From: Clostridia bacterium
GTDB lineage: Bacteria > Bacillota > Clostridia > TANB77 > UBA1234
Reading direction: 5' to 3'
DNA length: 37,856 bases
NCBI GenBank assembly: GCA_900753975.1
Contig: CAAEBC010000047.1
Coordinates: forward strand, 1 to 37,856
The notes beneath the pieces were generated by a model that was not told the origin of the DNA, searched no databases, and saw only the letters and a program-made list of their open reading frames with translations. Shown here one piece after another: positions 1-8,159 of the stretch. How positions within the stretch are numbered: the stretch's first letter is position 1; each line of letters opens with the position of its first letter. Made by a program: the position numbers and the translations under genes.

Positions 1-84
1 AAACTTTTATCCGCAAGGCTTTGTCAAGGTAGTATTGCTGGCGCAATCTCCACCTTGACAAAATTGCTACTAAAAGTGTTATCA
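1..84. repeat. Hairpin-forming repeat element, copy 1 (left flank cut by window edge)
   Basis: 3-9 ACTTTTA pairs with 71-77 TAAAAGT. 20-30 TTTGTCAAGGT pairs with 52-62 ACCTTGACAAA. Apical stem is 34-38 ATTGC / 43-47 GCAAT. About 85% identical to 33483-33566. Confidence 0.6.
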
Positions 85-182
85 GACCTCTCGTCTTTTG
101 CCTACACCGTCATATCTACCCGTTTCTATCGTCTCTTGAAGTTCGTTTACAACAAAACCGAAAGACGGGGATCGGACGGTGA

Positions 183-443
183 TTAGTATTGGATGTTTGT
201 GAATGAGCTTGTGATTGGGGTATCGGCGTCTATATAGTCATTTGCTTTCATGTAGTTTTGGATTACATTTGGAGAGATTCCTGTAACTGCTGAGATTGAT
301 GGGATTGAATCAAAGCATACATTTTCTTCAAAGTAGTTTTTTAAGACGGTGTTTGCATATGCCGTTTCTTTAGCACATGTATCACATAATGTCTTGTCCG
401 ACATTATAAAAGCACCACATTTTGAACATTTTTTGATTTCCAT
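183..443 (-). CDS. Small zinc-ribbon protein (N-terminal CxxC...CxxC), function unknown
   Basis: 86-aa ORF. GGAGG (plus-strand cctcc 451-455) lies 7 nt before the ATG. N-terminus is MEIKKCSKCGAF..CDTC. Confidence 0.6.
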   Translation of the reverse strand: MEIKKCSKCGAFIMSDKTLCDTCAKETAYANTVLKNYFEENVCFDSIPSISAVTGISPNVIQNYMKANDYIDADTPITSSFTNIQY

Positions 444-616
444 ATTTTATCCTCCGTTCTTACTATAAATATCTTTATATTATATTGCTTCTTATACATT
501 AAGATTATACCATATTAGTATTTATAGTCAAAGTAAAAAAATATATTTTAAAATTTTGTCTTTTTTTCTTGCAGTGTATAAAGCTTTATGTTAAAATAAA
601 CGGGTAGCAAGTTAAT

Positions 617-690
617 AGGGGTGTAGTTCATCGGTAGAATAAGAGTCTCCAAAACTCCAGAGGAGGGTTCGATTCCTTCCACCCCTGCCA
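617..690 (+). tRNA. trnW: tRNA-Trp (anticodon CCA)
   Basis: AGGGGTG...CACCCCT acceptor stem, anticodon loop CTCCAAA, GGTTCGATTCC T-arm, encoded 3' CCA. Confidence 0.9.
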
Positions 691-699
691 TATAAAAAG

Positions 700-727
700 T
701 CACGCGTATAAGTGTGATTTTTTTTGC
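700..727 (+). terminator. Rho-independent terminator after tRNA-Trp
   Basis: Stem TCACGC / GTGTGA (one G-U pair), then a T-run at 718-727. Confidence 0.5.
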
Positions 728-811
728 TTATAATAATAAAAAATCTTGCATTATCATATGTAATACGATATTATAATGTTATATATTATTTTACAAAGGA
801 GATTGAGAAGA

Positions 812-1129
812 ATGGCTACAACAAGAAAAAAGAAAGAACAGACTTATGAATTAAGGTATACTGGTTGTTTGACAGGTGCACCTACAATTTATTTACATTA
901 TGGTACTGAAAATTGGAGTGATATTTCTGAAGTTAAGATGAGAAAATTAAAAAGTTGTTATAAAACAGAAATAACAGTACCAGCTACTGCAGATATTAAT
1001 TTCTGCTTTAGAGATGCAAATGGAAATTGGGATAACAATTATGGTAATGATTATAGTTATTGCCCAAAGACTAAATGCACAGAGGAGTACTCTTCAATAA
1101 CTGTTACACCTTGTGTTGAAAAGGAGTAA
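812..1129 (+). CDS. Small protein with CBM25/26-like (starch-binding-type) motif
   Basis: 105-aa ORF with RBS AAGGAG upstream. The motif GNWDNNYGNDY resembles carbohydrate-binding modules. Assignment is from motif memory only. Confidence 0.45.
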   Translation: MATTRKKKEQTYELRYTGCLTGAPTIYLHYGTENWSDISEVKMRKLKSCYKTEITVPATADINFCFRDANGNWDNNYGNDYSYCPKTKCTEEYSSITVTPCVEKE

Positions 1130-1154
1130 TTTGATATTTTTAAATGTGAAGTAG

Positions 1155-1201
1155 ACCAAAATTGTTAAACTGGATGTTTGATGATTTTGGTTTATTTTTT
1201 G
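1155..1201 (+). terminator. Terminator hairpin after 812-1129
   Basis: ACCAAAAT / ATTTTGGT stem followed by TTATTTTTT. Confidence 0.5.
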
Positions 1202-1204
1202 TGA

Positions 1205-1248
1205 TATAAAAAAGTACCATGACAATGAATCTTCAAAGCCATGGTACC
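1205..1248 (-). terminator. Terminator for minus-strand tRNA-Leu
   Basis: GTACCATG / CATGGTAC stem. The minus strand then reads TTTTTTAT. Confidence 0.45.
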
Positions 1249-1252
1249 TTAA

Positions 1253-1340
1253 TGGTGCGCGAAACCGGAATCGAACCGGTACGGGTTATTAGCCCGCAGG
1301 ATTTTAAGTCCTGTGCGTCTGCCTGTTCCGCCACTCGCGC
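1253..1340 (-). tRNA. trnL: tRNA-Leu (anticodon UAA), long variable arm
   Basis: The reverse complement reads GCGCGAGTGGCGGAA...CTTAAAA anticodon loop...GGTTCGATTCC...CGCGCACCA. Confidence 0.9.
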
Positions 1341-1430
1341 ATAAATTAACTTGCAAAATCTATACTAACATTTTATAAAAAAATTGTCAACACTTTTTTT
1401 GTAAAAAACAGTGAAAAAGTTTTTAAGAAC

Positions 1431-1459
1431 TTGCAAAACTGTGATATTTGTGGTATTAT
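1431..1459 (+). promoter_or_regulatory. Sigma-70-type promoter of the 1493-1925 bicistron
   Basis: TTGCAA, 17 nt, TATTAT, with a TG-containing extended -10 region. Confidence 0.55.
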
Positions 1460-1492
1460 AAACATGAAATTTTTTTAAAGGAGGATGCAGTA

Positions 1493-1702
1493 ATGTCTAA
1501 TTGTGATGCATCGAGGACTCTGGATTACATTCAGGCGTATAGGTCTCATGGGCTTGTTCCAGAAATTGCAGATCGGTTTTTGGCGGATAACCCGGATTTT
1601 TCTGCTGAGCTGAGACTTGCAATTCGATCGGCTGCAAACGAATCGACGACTACTAAAGAATTTTGGAAAAAGGTGGAGGCGGCAATGGATGATTGCAAAT
1701 AA
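1493..1702 (+). CDS. Hypothetical acidic 69-aa protein (higher-G+C ORF A1)
   Basis: AAGGAGG RBS then ATG at 1493. Codon usage and G+C are unlike neighbouring genes. Contains an in-frame CGG at 1574. Confidence 0.55.
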   Translation: MSNCDASRTLDYIQAYRSHGLVPEIADRFLADNPDFSAELRLAIRSAANESTTTKEFWKKVEAAMDDCK

Positions 1703-1718
1703 TCCCAAAGAGGCGTTT

Positions 1719-1925
1719 ATGTTTAGGGTCTATATGACACCTGAAGAGAAACGTACTCGTGATGAAAATCTGAGGAAAGCAGAGGCATATAATCGTTTTT
1801 TGAATGCTAATCCTTGGGTTTCGGAAAAGCAAGAGATTGAGCTTTTTAGGATTCGTCAGACTTCTAAAAGTTTGAACGAGTTCTTGAAGAGTTTGGCTGT
1901 ATTTAAGAAGAGCAATAAGAGATAA
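1719..1925 (+). CDS. Hypothetical basic 68-aa protein (higher-G+C ORF A2)
   Basis: AAAGAGG then ATG at 1719. An alternative in-frame ATG at 1689 overlaps A1. A strong hairpin terminator follows. Confidence 0.5.
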   Translation: MFRVYMTPEEKRTRDENLRKAEAYNRFLNANPWVSEKQEIELFRIRQTSKSLNEFLKSLAVFKKSNKR

Positions 1926-1935
1926 AGTTTGATGA

Positions 1936-1982
1936 AGACACACGAAATGCTATAATTTTAGCGCTTCGTGTGTCTCTTATTG
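1936..1982 (+). terminator. Terminator of the A1/A2 unit
   Basis: AGACACACGAA / TTCGTGTGTCT 11-bp stem. Confidence 0.6.
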
Positions 1983-2221
1983 TAGTTTGATTAGTTATAA
2001 AGAATAGTTTTAGAAGAAAGTATATTTTTAATAATTGTTATTTTTGCTAATATGTGTAATTAAAAAAGGATTTGTAACTAAAATTAATAATATTGCAAAC
2101 GTATAATAAGTTCGCAAACAAGATGACGTGGTCACAAAAAATACAATATTTTCTAGTTGACTTTGCACATAAATTTAGTTAATATAGTATTGTAGAGTTT
2201 AACGTATAGGAGGCGAATCGA

Positions 2222-2317
2222 ATGAAAGAAAAACAAAAAACTTTTGCAAGATGGGTTTGCTTATTTTTAGCTGCTATGTTTGTTGTACCAACTATTATAT
2301 CTGTAATAATAAGATAA
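2222..2317 (+). CDS. Possible 31-aa single-TM micropeptide upstream of cdaA
   Basis: AGGAGG RBS then ATG. Sequence MKEKQKTFARWVCLFLAAMFVVPTIISVIIR. Promoter TTGACT-17-TAATAT lies upstream. Confidence 0.3.
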   Translation: MKEKQKTFARWVCLFLAAMFVVPTIISVIIR

Positions 2318-2335
2318 CAATATAGGTGAGAATAT

Positions 2336-3214
2336 ATGAATTCAATTTTAGAATCATTTAAAGTTTTTTATGAAACCAAGATTTTAGGGTATATAAATAT
2401 GATGGTAGAGTATCCTATTAAACTATTAGCTTTAGCTGTTGACTTAGCTATAGTTTTTTATTTGTTATATAAGTTAATAAAGATGATAAAAGGCACTAGG
2501 GCTGTGCAGCTTATTAAAGGTATAGCAGTCTTACTTATTGCAAATGTACTTAGCGAATTTTTATCGCTTAATATTTTGCATTACATTTTAAATTCGGTCG
2601 TAACTTATGGTGTTTTACTTTTTATAGTTGTCTTTCAGCCAGAGCTTAGAAAGACTCTTGAACAGATGGGTTCAACCAATATTAGAAAGTTCTTTGACAT
2701 CGAAGATACTAGTAGTTTGCAAAGTGTAGATGAAGTTGTTTTAGCTGTTGAGCAGATGGCGAAAGATAAGACGGGTGCTTTGATTGTATATGAAAAAGAG
2801 TCGAGTCTTGGTGAAATTATGCATACTGGTGTAGCTATTGATGCAGACATTTCTAAAGAACTTTTACTTAATATATTTGTACCGGATACTCCGCTTCATG
2901 ATGGTGCAGTTATTATAAAAGATAACAGAATTGCTGCAGCTTCATGTATTCTTCCGATAACAGATAGGGAAGATTTAGATAGAGAGTTTGGAACAAGACA
3001 TAGAGCTGCAATTGGACTTTCAGAAGTGTCAGATGCAGTTATAATAATAGTTTCAGAAGAAACTGGTAAGATTTCTCTTGCAATGAATGGTAAGATTATT
3101 AGAAATCTTCAACCAGAAGTTTTGAAGAAAGAGCTAAGAAAACGCATTAAACCAATTAATATTAAAGATAATCAGTTTACAATGAGAGTAAAGCAATTTA
3201 CTACGAAAAAATAA
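2336..3214 (+). CDS. cdaA: Diadenylate cyclase CdaA (membrane-anchored DAC domain)
   Basis: N-terminal TM helices. DAC-domain motifs DGAVII and GTRHRAA. Confidence 0.9.
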   Translation: MNSILESFKVFYETKILGYINMMVEYPIKLLALAVDLAIVFYLLYKLIKMIKGTRAVQLIKGIAVLLIANVLSEFLSLNILHYILNSVVTYGVLLFIVVFQPELRKTLEQMGSTNIRKFFDIEDTSSLQSVDEVVLAVEQMAKDKTGALIVYEKESSLGEIMHTGVAIDADISKELLLNIFVPDTPLHDGAVIIKDNRIAAASCILPITDREDLDREFGTRHRAAIGLSEVSDAVIIIVSEETGKISLAMNGKIIRNLQPEVLKKELRKRIKPINIKDNQFTMRVKQFTTKK

Positions 3215-3220
3215 ATTAAA

Positions 3221-3267
3221 GCACATATAGCTATGATAAATATAAATTATGCTATATGTGTTTTTTT
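3221..3267 (+). terminator. Terminator after cdaA
   Basis: GCACATATAGC / GCTATATGTG stem plus TTTTTTT. Confidence 0.65.
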
Positions 3268-3302
3268 ACTGATTTTATATATGAAAGATGTCTATAAAAA
3301 AT

Positions 3303-3345
3303 AAAACACCCACTAAATATAAATCATATATTTAGTGGGTGTTTT
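3303..3345. terminator. Bidirectional hairpin terminator
   Basis: AAAACACCCACTAAATAT / ATATTTAGTGGGTGTTTT, flanked by A and T runs. Confidence 0.6.
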
Positions 3346-3373
3346 AAATTAAATTATTTTTCTAGCTAAAGAA

Positions 3374-3499
3374 TTAATTACAGCATGGGCCCATTCCTCT
3401 GTTGCCCTCATTTCCGTTGCAGCAGCAACAAATGATGAAGATAAGGATAATGATCCAAATGATATCATCACATCCTCCGAAACATCCGCAGTTTGACAT
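3374..3499 (-). CDS. Tiny Cys-rich transmembrane peptide, 41 aa (YjcZ-like?)
   Basis: AAAGGAGGG RBS. Sequence MSNCGCFGGCDDIIWIIILIFIICCCCNGNEGNRGMGPCCN. Not in the supplied ORF track because it is under 60 aa. Confidence 0.5.
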   Translation of the reverse strand: MSNCGCFGGCDDIIWIIILIFIICCCCNGNEGNRGMGPCCN

Positions 3500-3584
3500 A
3501 TTGATACACCCTCCTTTCACTAATTTTGATGTAGATTTAAATATAACTATTTAAAATAACATGTTATTTGCTTTTATAGTTGTT

Positions 3585-3734
3585 TTAGTTATTACAGCCA
3601 CAGCCGTTAGAATTATTATTGTTTCCATTGTTATTGCAACCACAACCATTGTTCCAAAATAGTAGTAAAAATAAAATTAAAAACCAAAGTATGTCATCAT
3701 CATGGCAGCAAAATCCTCTTAAAAAGTTTCCCAT
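3585..3734 (-). CDS. Tiny Cys-rich transmembrane peptide, 49 aa, paralogue of 3374-3499
   Basis: AAGGAGGA RBS. Sequence MGNFLRGFCCHDDDILWFLILFLLLFWNNGCGCNNNGNNNNSNGCGCNN. Confidence 0.5.
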   Translation of the reverse strand: MGNFLRGFCCHDDDILWFLILFLLLFWNNGCGCNNNGNNNNSNGCGCNN

Positions 3735-3831
3735 ATCGTTCCTCCTTTTTTATTGCTTATGGTATATAATATTCCGAAAGGAAAAATGTGTTACAAAGGT
3801 AAAAAGATTTATGGAAAATATTTGAAATTAC

Positions 3832-3860
3832 TTGACATAATTTCAAAATGGTGCTAGATT
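3832..3860 (+). promoter_or_regulatory. Sigma-70-type promoter of ORF B
   Basis: TTGACA, 17 nt, TAGATT. Confidence 0.5.
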
Positions 3861-3943
3861 ATATAAGTACGTTTAATACTATTTTTCTGGGTATTTTTCC
3901 AGAAAAGAGAAACAACTTTGACTTGAGTAGGAGGAATTGGAAT

Positions 3944-4339
3944 ATGCAGGCATTGAGAAATGACGAGAATTTGGTTTTTTATCGCACGATAAACGGTGTT
4001 TCAACTAGGACAGAGGTTACACGTGACGAGATGGATTCTCTTATTAATAAGGAGATTATGGCAAGAGAATTCCTCGTAAAGGTAATCAAGGAAAAGTTTG
4101 AAAGGTGGGCGAGAGATTCTTATATCTGCTCGAAGAACAGGATTTTTGCAGGAGCTAATCAAGATGGTACGATATACTATTTTGATTCAGAATGTCCTAT
4201 GGTAAGGCGTGTCGATTCACGTTATAAAAGTGAAATTTTGCATATGGCATATTCTTTGGCGAGAGAATATGGGATATGTGCTACTTGTATTCACCAAAAT
4301 GGTATGGTGAGTTACGAATTTTGGATTGGTTCCAAATAA
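3944..4339 (+). CDS. Hypothetical 131-aa protein (higher-G+C ORF B)
   Basis: TAGGAGGA RBS then ATG at 3944. Terminator follows directly. No family recognised. Confidence 0.55.
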   Translation: MQALRNDENLVFYRTINGVSTRTEVTRDEMDSLINKEIMAREFLVKVIKEKFERWARDSYICSKNRIFAGANQDGTIYYFDSECPMVRRVDSRYKSEILHMAYSLAREYGICATCIHQNGMVSYEFWIGSK

Positions 4340-4348
4340 TTCAAAGCT

Positions 4349-4386
4349 AAAGCTAGTAAGTGGAAACTTTTACTAGCTTTTCTTTA
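4349..4386 (+). terminator. Terminator of ORF B
   Basis: AAAGCTAGTAA / TTACTAGCTTT stem plus T-rich tail. Confidence 0.6.
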
Positions 4387-4465
4387 TATCTATGGTTAAA
4401 ATATATTGACGTATGAGGGGTTTTGTTATAAAATACTTTTGAAATTGTTAGGAGGAAGAAATTTT

Positions 4466-4852
4466 ATGTCAGTAAGTGTTGGCGAAATAGTAGAAGGAAC
4501 TGTTTCAGATATTATGAATTATGGAGCTTTTGTTAAACTAAACGATGGAAAAACGGGATTAGTTCACATTTCAGAGGTTTCAAAAGATTTTGTAAAAGAC
4601 ATTCATTCTGTTTTAAATGAGGGGGATTTGGTTAAAGCAAAAGTTTTATCGATAGATGAAAAAGGTAAAATAGCTCTTTCTATAAAAAAAGCTTTGCCAA
4701 CTGTTCAAAAGATTGTGAAAGAACAGACCGAAGAAGGTCCTACAACTTTAGACGACATGCTAAGCAAGTTTTTAAGAGATAGTGACGAAAGACAGTTAGA
4801 CCTAAAAAGAAGCATTGAGTCAAAAAGAGGAGCTTCTAGAAGAAGAGCATAA
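4466..4852 (+). CDS. S1 RNA-binding domain protein (YabR / general stress protein 13-like)
   Basis: TAGGAGGAAG RBS. S1 fold signature GEIVEGTVSDIMNYGAFVKL..GLVHISEV. Confidence 0.85.
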   Translation: MSVSVGEIVEGTVSDIMNYGAFVKLNDGKTGLVHISEVSKDFVKDIHSVLNEGDLVKAKVLSIDEKGKIALSIKKALPTVQKIVKEQTEEGPTTLDDMLSKFLRDSDERQLDLKRSIESKRGASRRRA

Positions 4853-4997
4853 AAGTAAAATATATTTGTATTAAAATTCGTTAATTTATAATTTCAAAAC
4901 GATTACAATATCTTAATGTAGCAAGGGCAAGAAAAACTTGCCGCTTGCTCATTTCTAAAATTCTAAAAAAATCCATAAGAAAAGGAGAATTGAATAT

Positions 4998-6395
4998 ATG
5001 GGAGATGAACTAAAGTCTCTTACTTTAGCTGATTTACATGCATTAGCTAAACAAAAAGGGATAAAAGGAATTAGTAAGTTAAATAAAGAAGAGTTAATTG
5101 ATTTAATTATTAAAGCACATAGAGAAGAAAAGGCATCAGAGGTAAAAAACACAGAAAAAGCAGAAGAAATTGTAAAAGAAGATGTAAAAGAAGAAAGTTC
5201 TAATGAGAAGGTTGAACATACTAAAAAGCAAGTCAATGTGCAAGAAGAAAAACCTCAATTCACAGATGAGTCTGTACCAGTTGAGGGTGTTTTGGAAGTA
5301 TTGCCAGACGGATTCGGATTTTTAAGAGGTCAAAACTATTTGTCTACACCAAAAGACATATACGTTTCGCCAGTTCAAATAAAAAGATTTAGATTAGATT
5401 CTGGCGATAAAATAAAAGGTTATAGCAAAGTTCCAAAGGAAGGCGAGAAGTTTCCAGCTCTTATATATGTAAGTAGCATAAATGGTGATACACCAGATAT
5501 TGCTATGAAAAGAAAAAAATTTGATGATTTAACGCCAATTCATCCAAATAGGAGAATGCATTTGGAAACAAAACCGACAGAATATGCTACAAGAATAATA
5601 GACCTAATTGCTCCGATTGGCTTTGGCCAAAGAGGTATGATTGTTGCACCACCTAAAGTCGGTAAAACGACAATCCTAAAAAAACTTGCAAATAGTATTA
5701 CGCAAAATCACCCAGAAGTGGAACTAATAGTTTTGCTTATTGATGAGAGACCAGAAGAAGTAACAGATATGAAACGTTCTATAGATGGAGATGTAATATA
5801 TTCTACTTTCGACGAACTACCAGAGCATCATGTTAAAGTTGCTGAGATAGTCCTAGAACGTGCGAAAAGGCTCGTGGAACAGAAAAAAGATGTTGTGGTA
5901 TTACTAGATAGCATAACAAGACTTGCAAGGGCATATAACCTTACAATTCCATCTTCAGGCCGAACACTTTCAGGTGGTTTTGATCCAGCTGCACTTCATA
6001 AGCCAAAGAGATTTTTTGGTGCTGCTAGAAATATTGAAGAAGGCGGAAGTTTAACAATACTTGCTACTGCTTTAGTAGAAACAGGAAGCAGAATGGATGA
6101 AGTAATTTTCGAAGAGTTTAAAGGAACTGGTAATATGGAAGTATATCTTGACAGAAAATTATCTGAAAAGAGAGTATTCCCAGCTATAGATATTAATAAA
6201 TCTGGTACAAGAAGAGAAGAATTATTGCTAACACCTAAAGAATTAGATGTTGTAAACAAAATTCGCACAGCTTTAAATGATGGTAACCAAGCTAATATTA
6301 CAGAAACTTTGATTAGACTTGTTACCACTACAAACACGAATGAAGAGCTATTAAACAAATTTAGACTTCTTGGCCCTAATTTAGGTAAAATTTAA
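4998..6395 (+). CDS. rho: Transcription termination factor Rho (with charged N-terminal insertion)
   Basis: Rho_[31 protein letters not shown], Walker [10 protein letters not shown], and C-terminal RecA-like domain. Confidence 0.95.
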   Translation: MGDELKSLTLADLHALAKQKGIKGISKLNKEELIDLIIKAHREEKASEVKNTEKAEEIVKEDVKEESSNEKVEHTKKQVNVQEEKPQFTDESVPVEGVLEVLPDGFGFLRGQNYLSTPKDIYVSPVQIKRFRLDSGDKIKGYSKVPKEGEKFPALIYVSSINGDTPDIAMKRKKFDDLTPIHPNRRMHLETKPTEYATRIIDLIAPIGFGQRGMIVAPPKVGKTTILKKLANSITQNHPEVELIVLLIDERPEEVTDMKRSIDGDVIYSTFDELPEHHVKVAEIVLERAKRLVEQKKDVVVLLDSITRLARAYNLTIPSSGRTLSGGFDPAALHKPKRFFGAARNIEEGGSLTILATALVETGSRMDEVIFEEFKGTGNMEVYLDRKLSEKRVFPAIDINKSGTRREELLLTPKELDVVNKIRTALNDGNQANITETLIRLVTTTNTNEELLNKFRLLGPNLGKI

Positions 6396-6412
6396 TTGAT
6401 TTTTCATAAATT

Positions 6413-6442
6413 CTTGACAAAGCTTGATATTCAATGATATTG
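6413..6442 (+). promoter_or_regulatory. Sigma-70-type promoter of ORF C
   Basis: TTGACA, then 17-18 nt, then ATATTG/TATTGT. Confidence 0.45.
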
Positions 6443-6497
6443 TATAGTCGTTAGTTGATGTTGTACGTAATATACCGAATTATGGAGGTGTATGCTT

Positions 6498-7040
6498 ATG
6501 GCGAAGAAGTCGAAGAAACCTCAAGCACCCAAAGAGAGCATTTATTGGGGTGACAGCAAGGATCTTAAGTACTATCTGACAACTAAGAGAAAAAGCCTCA
6601 TGTGTATTTTGAAAGAGAAGAAGGATGAACTTTCGAACAAGCAGAAGTTGAAAATCAAGAAATACATTGATTTGTTAGAGGATATACTTCGGCTCAAGTA
6701 TTTTGACGGTCGGAGACATTATACGATGTCAGAGATGATCGAAGAGATTAAGCTTGAAAGGGCTGACGTTAAGGCGATTGTAGAAGAGCTTGAGAAAGAG
6801 ACTGCTGAAGCGAAGAAGATTGCTGATGCTGCTTTCAAAAGGGAAAAGTGCTATGTTGCAAATTCCTTTGAAGACGCCTATAATACCGATGGTCAGAAGG
6901 AACTTCGTGACCTTATTGCAGAGTATGATGTTTGCCAGATGGAGCTGGATTCGTACAAACTGCAGTGCAGAGCTCTTTGGTGGCTTTTGGGAGTTATTCA
7001 TAGACCTGTAGGTTTTTTTGAGAAAGTCATGGAAGAGTGA
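6498..7040 (+). CDS. Hypothetical 180-aa coiled-coil-rich protein (higher-G+C ORF C)
   Basis: GGAGG lies 9 nt before the ATG at 6498. In-frame CGG at 6690 and 6711. Terminator follows. Confidence 0.55.
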   Translation: MAKKSKKPQAPKESIYWGDSKDLKYYLTTKRKSLMCILKEKKDELSNKQKLKIKKYIDLLEDILRLKYFDGRRHYTMSEMIEEIKLERADVKAIVEELEKETAEAKKIADAAFKREKCYVANSFEDAYNTDGQKELRDLIAEYDVCQMELDSYKLQCRALWWLLGVIHRPVGFFEKVMEE

Positions 7041-7047
7041 TTTTTTG

Positions 7048-7077
7048 AGTGGTACTAGTTTTAGTGCCACTTTTTTT
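7048..7077 (+). terminator. Terminator of ORF C
   Basis: AGTGGTAC / GTGCCACT stem (one G-U pair) plus TTTTTTT. Confidence 0.6.
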
Positions 7078-7207
7078 GGCTTTTATGCTGTGAAATACTA
7101 AGTTATAAAAAATGTTAAATAAAATTTGAAATGTGTTTTAACTACCAAAAATGCGCGTAGTACTGTATTTAATCAATTATAAAAGTTGGCAATTTTTAGT
7201 CAAAACA

Positions 7208-7236
7208 TTTACTTTTTATGTAAAGTATGCTAAAAT
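7208..7236 (+). promoter_or_regulatory. Promoter of ORF D (near-duplicate of 7970-7998)
   Basis: TTTACT, 17 nt (TTTTATGTAAAGTATGC), TAAAAT. Confidence 0.5.
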
Positions 7237-7386
7237 AAAAGATGTTGAATATGTTTTGAGTGATGAGTATACTCGTTACTACTTCCAAATCACAATAGGA
7301 TTGGAGCAAAAGCATATTTAATCTCTCGATGTATAAGGGTATTGTGAGGATTAGCAACAGATAGGGAAGAGAGGAGTTTTTTGTAC

Positions 7387-7821
7387 ATGGTTTTGGCAAC
7401 AAGAATCGTGCGGAGCTTCAAGAGCATGGACGACAAGTACAAACCGGAGTTCTTTTTCGAGGAGACGAAAAAGGAACGTGTGCGGAGGTACACTTTTTCT
7501 TATAACCATGGTAGGGATACGTACAAAAGAATTCATTGGGACCTTGAACGTAAGATTATGGTTCTGTGTTCGGCAAAACTTGCTGAACATTTTGAATTCT
7601 ATACTACTTTTGTAGAGGTCGGTAAGCTTTCAAAGGTCGTGTTCTACAGTCGACCGATTCGAAATGACGATCATACTACTACTTACGAAGTTGGTAGTAG
7701 CTTACTCCAAAATTCGGAAATCTTCGACCGAGAAGCTTTCATGCAGGGCTTTAACGACTGTATGCGTCGGAGGACTGGGATTTCTTTCGGGAAATCTAAG
7801 GCTAAGCCCGTAGTAATCTGA
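7387..7821 (+). CDS. Hypothetical 144-aa protein (higher-G+C ORF D)
   Basis: GAGAGGAG RBS. In-frame CGG at 7411, 7483 and 7768. About 150-nt leader. Terminator follows. Confidence 0.55.
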   Translation: MVLATRIVRSFKSMDDKYKPEFFFEETKKERVRRYTFSYNHGRDTYKRIHWDLERKIMVLCSAKLAEHFEFYTTFVEVGKLSKVVFYSRPIRNDDHTTTYEVGSSLLQNSEIFDREAFMQGFNDCMRRRTGISFGKSKAKPVVI

Positions 7822-7828
7822 CAATTAA

Positions 7829-7862
7829 GGCACTGGTAACTTGTTTACCGGTGTCTTTTTTG
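7829..7862 (+). terminator. Terminator of ORF D
   Basis: GGCACTGGTAA / TTACCGGTGTC stem (two G-U pairs) plus TTTTTT. Confidence 0.6.
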
Positions 7863-7969
7863 TTGCAAAACTTCGGAATTATAATGCAAAAAGTAGAATT
7901 AATAACCAGATAATAATAAGAAAGAAAAATACTTTAAGTTAGCTAAAGTGGTAAATTCTAACAGAAGCA

Positions 7970-7998
7970 TTTACTTATTATGTAAAGTATGCTATAAT
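7970..7998 (+). promoter_or_regulatory. Promoter of ORF E (near-duplicate of 7208-7236)
   Basis: TTTACT, 17 nt (TATTATGTAAAGTATGC), TATAAT. Confidence 0.55.
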
Positions 7999-8159
7999 AA
8001 TAGTATCATATAATTTTCTTTAGTTGAGGGTTCACTACCATCAACGAGCTACTCGCTTAAGAATCTTATTTGATTTATCGCATGATTGTGCATGTTATGT
8101 GATAATATCTTCCAAATGCATAAAGAATAACAGACAGAAAAAGATGGAGGAAAAGAAGC

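Noticed and set aside
1617-1718. N-terminal extension of ORF A2 as given in the ORF track (start 1617)
   Set aside because: The extension overlaps ORF A1 in another frame and lacks an RBS. An ATG at 1719 (or 1689) with an SD-like sequence is more plausible.
3619-3825. 68-aa plus-strand ORF from the track
   Set aside because: It lies opposite the 49-aa Cys-rich peptide gene, which has a strong SD and a paralogue. The plus ORF has no RBS.
4955-6358. Minus-strand ORFs 4955-5236 and 5996-6358 inside rho
   Set aside because: They are antisense shadows of rho in AT-rich, Lys/Glu-codon-rich sequence, with no translation signals.
7196-7590. Minus-strand ORFs 7196-7402, 7290-7493 and 7351-7590 in the ORF D leader and 5' region
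   Set aside because: They have no RBS, overlap the promoter and leader of ORF D, and show no recognisable sequence features.
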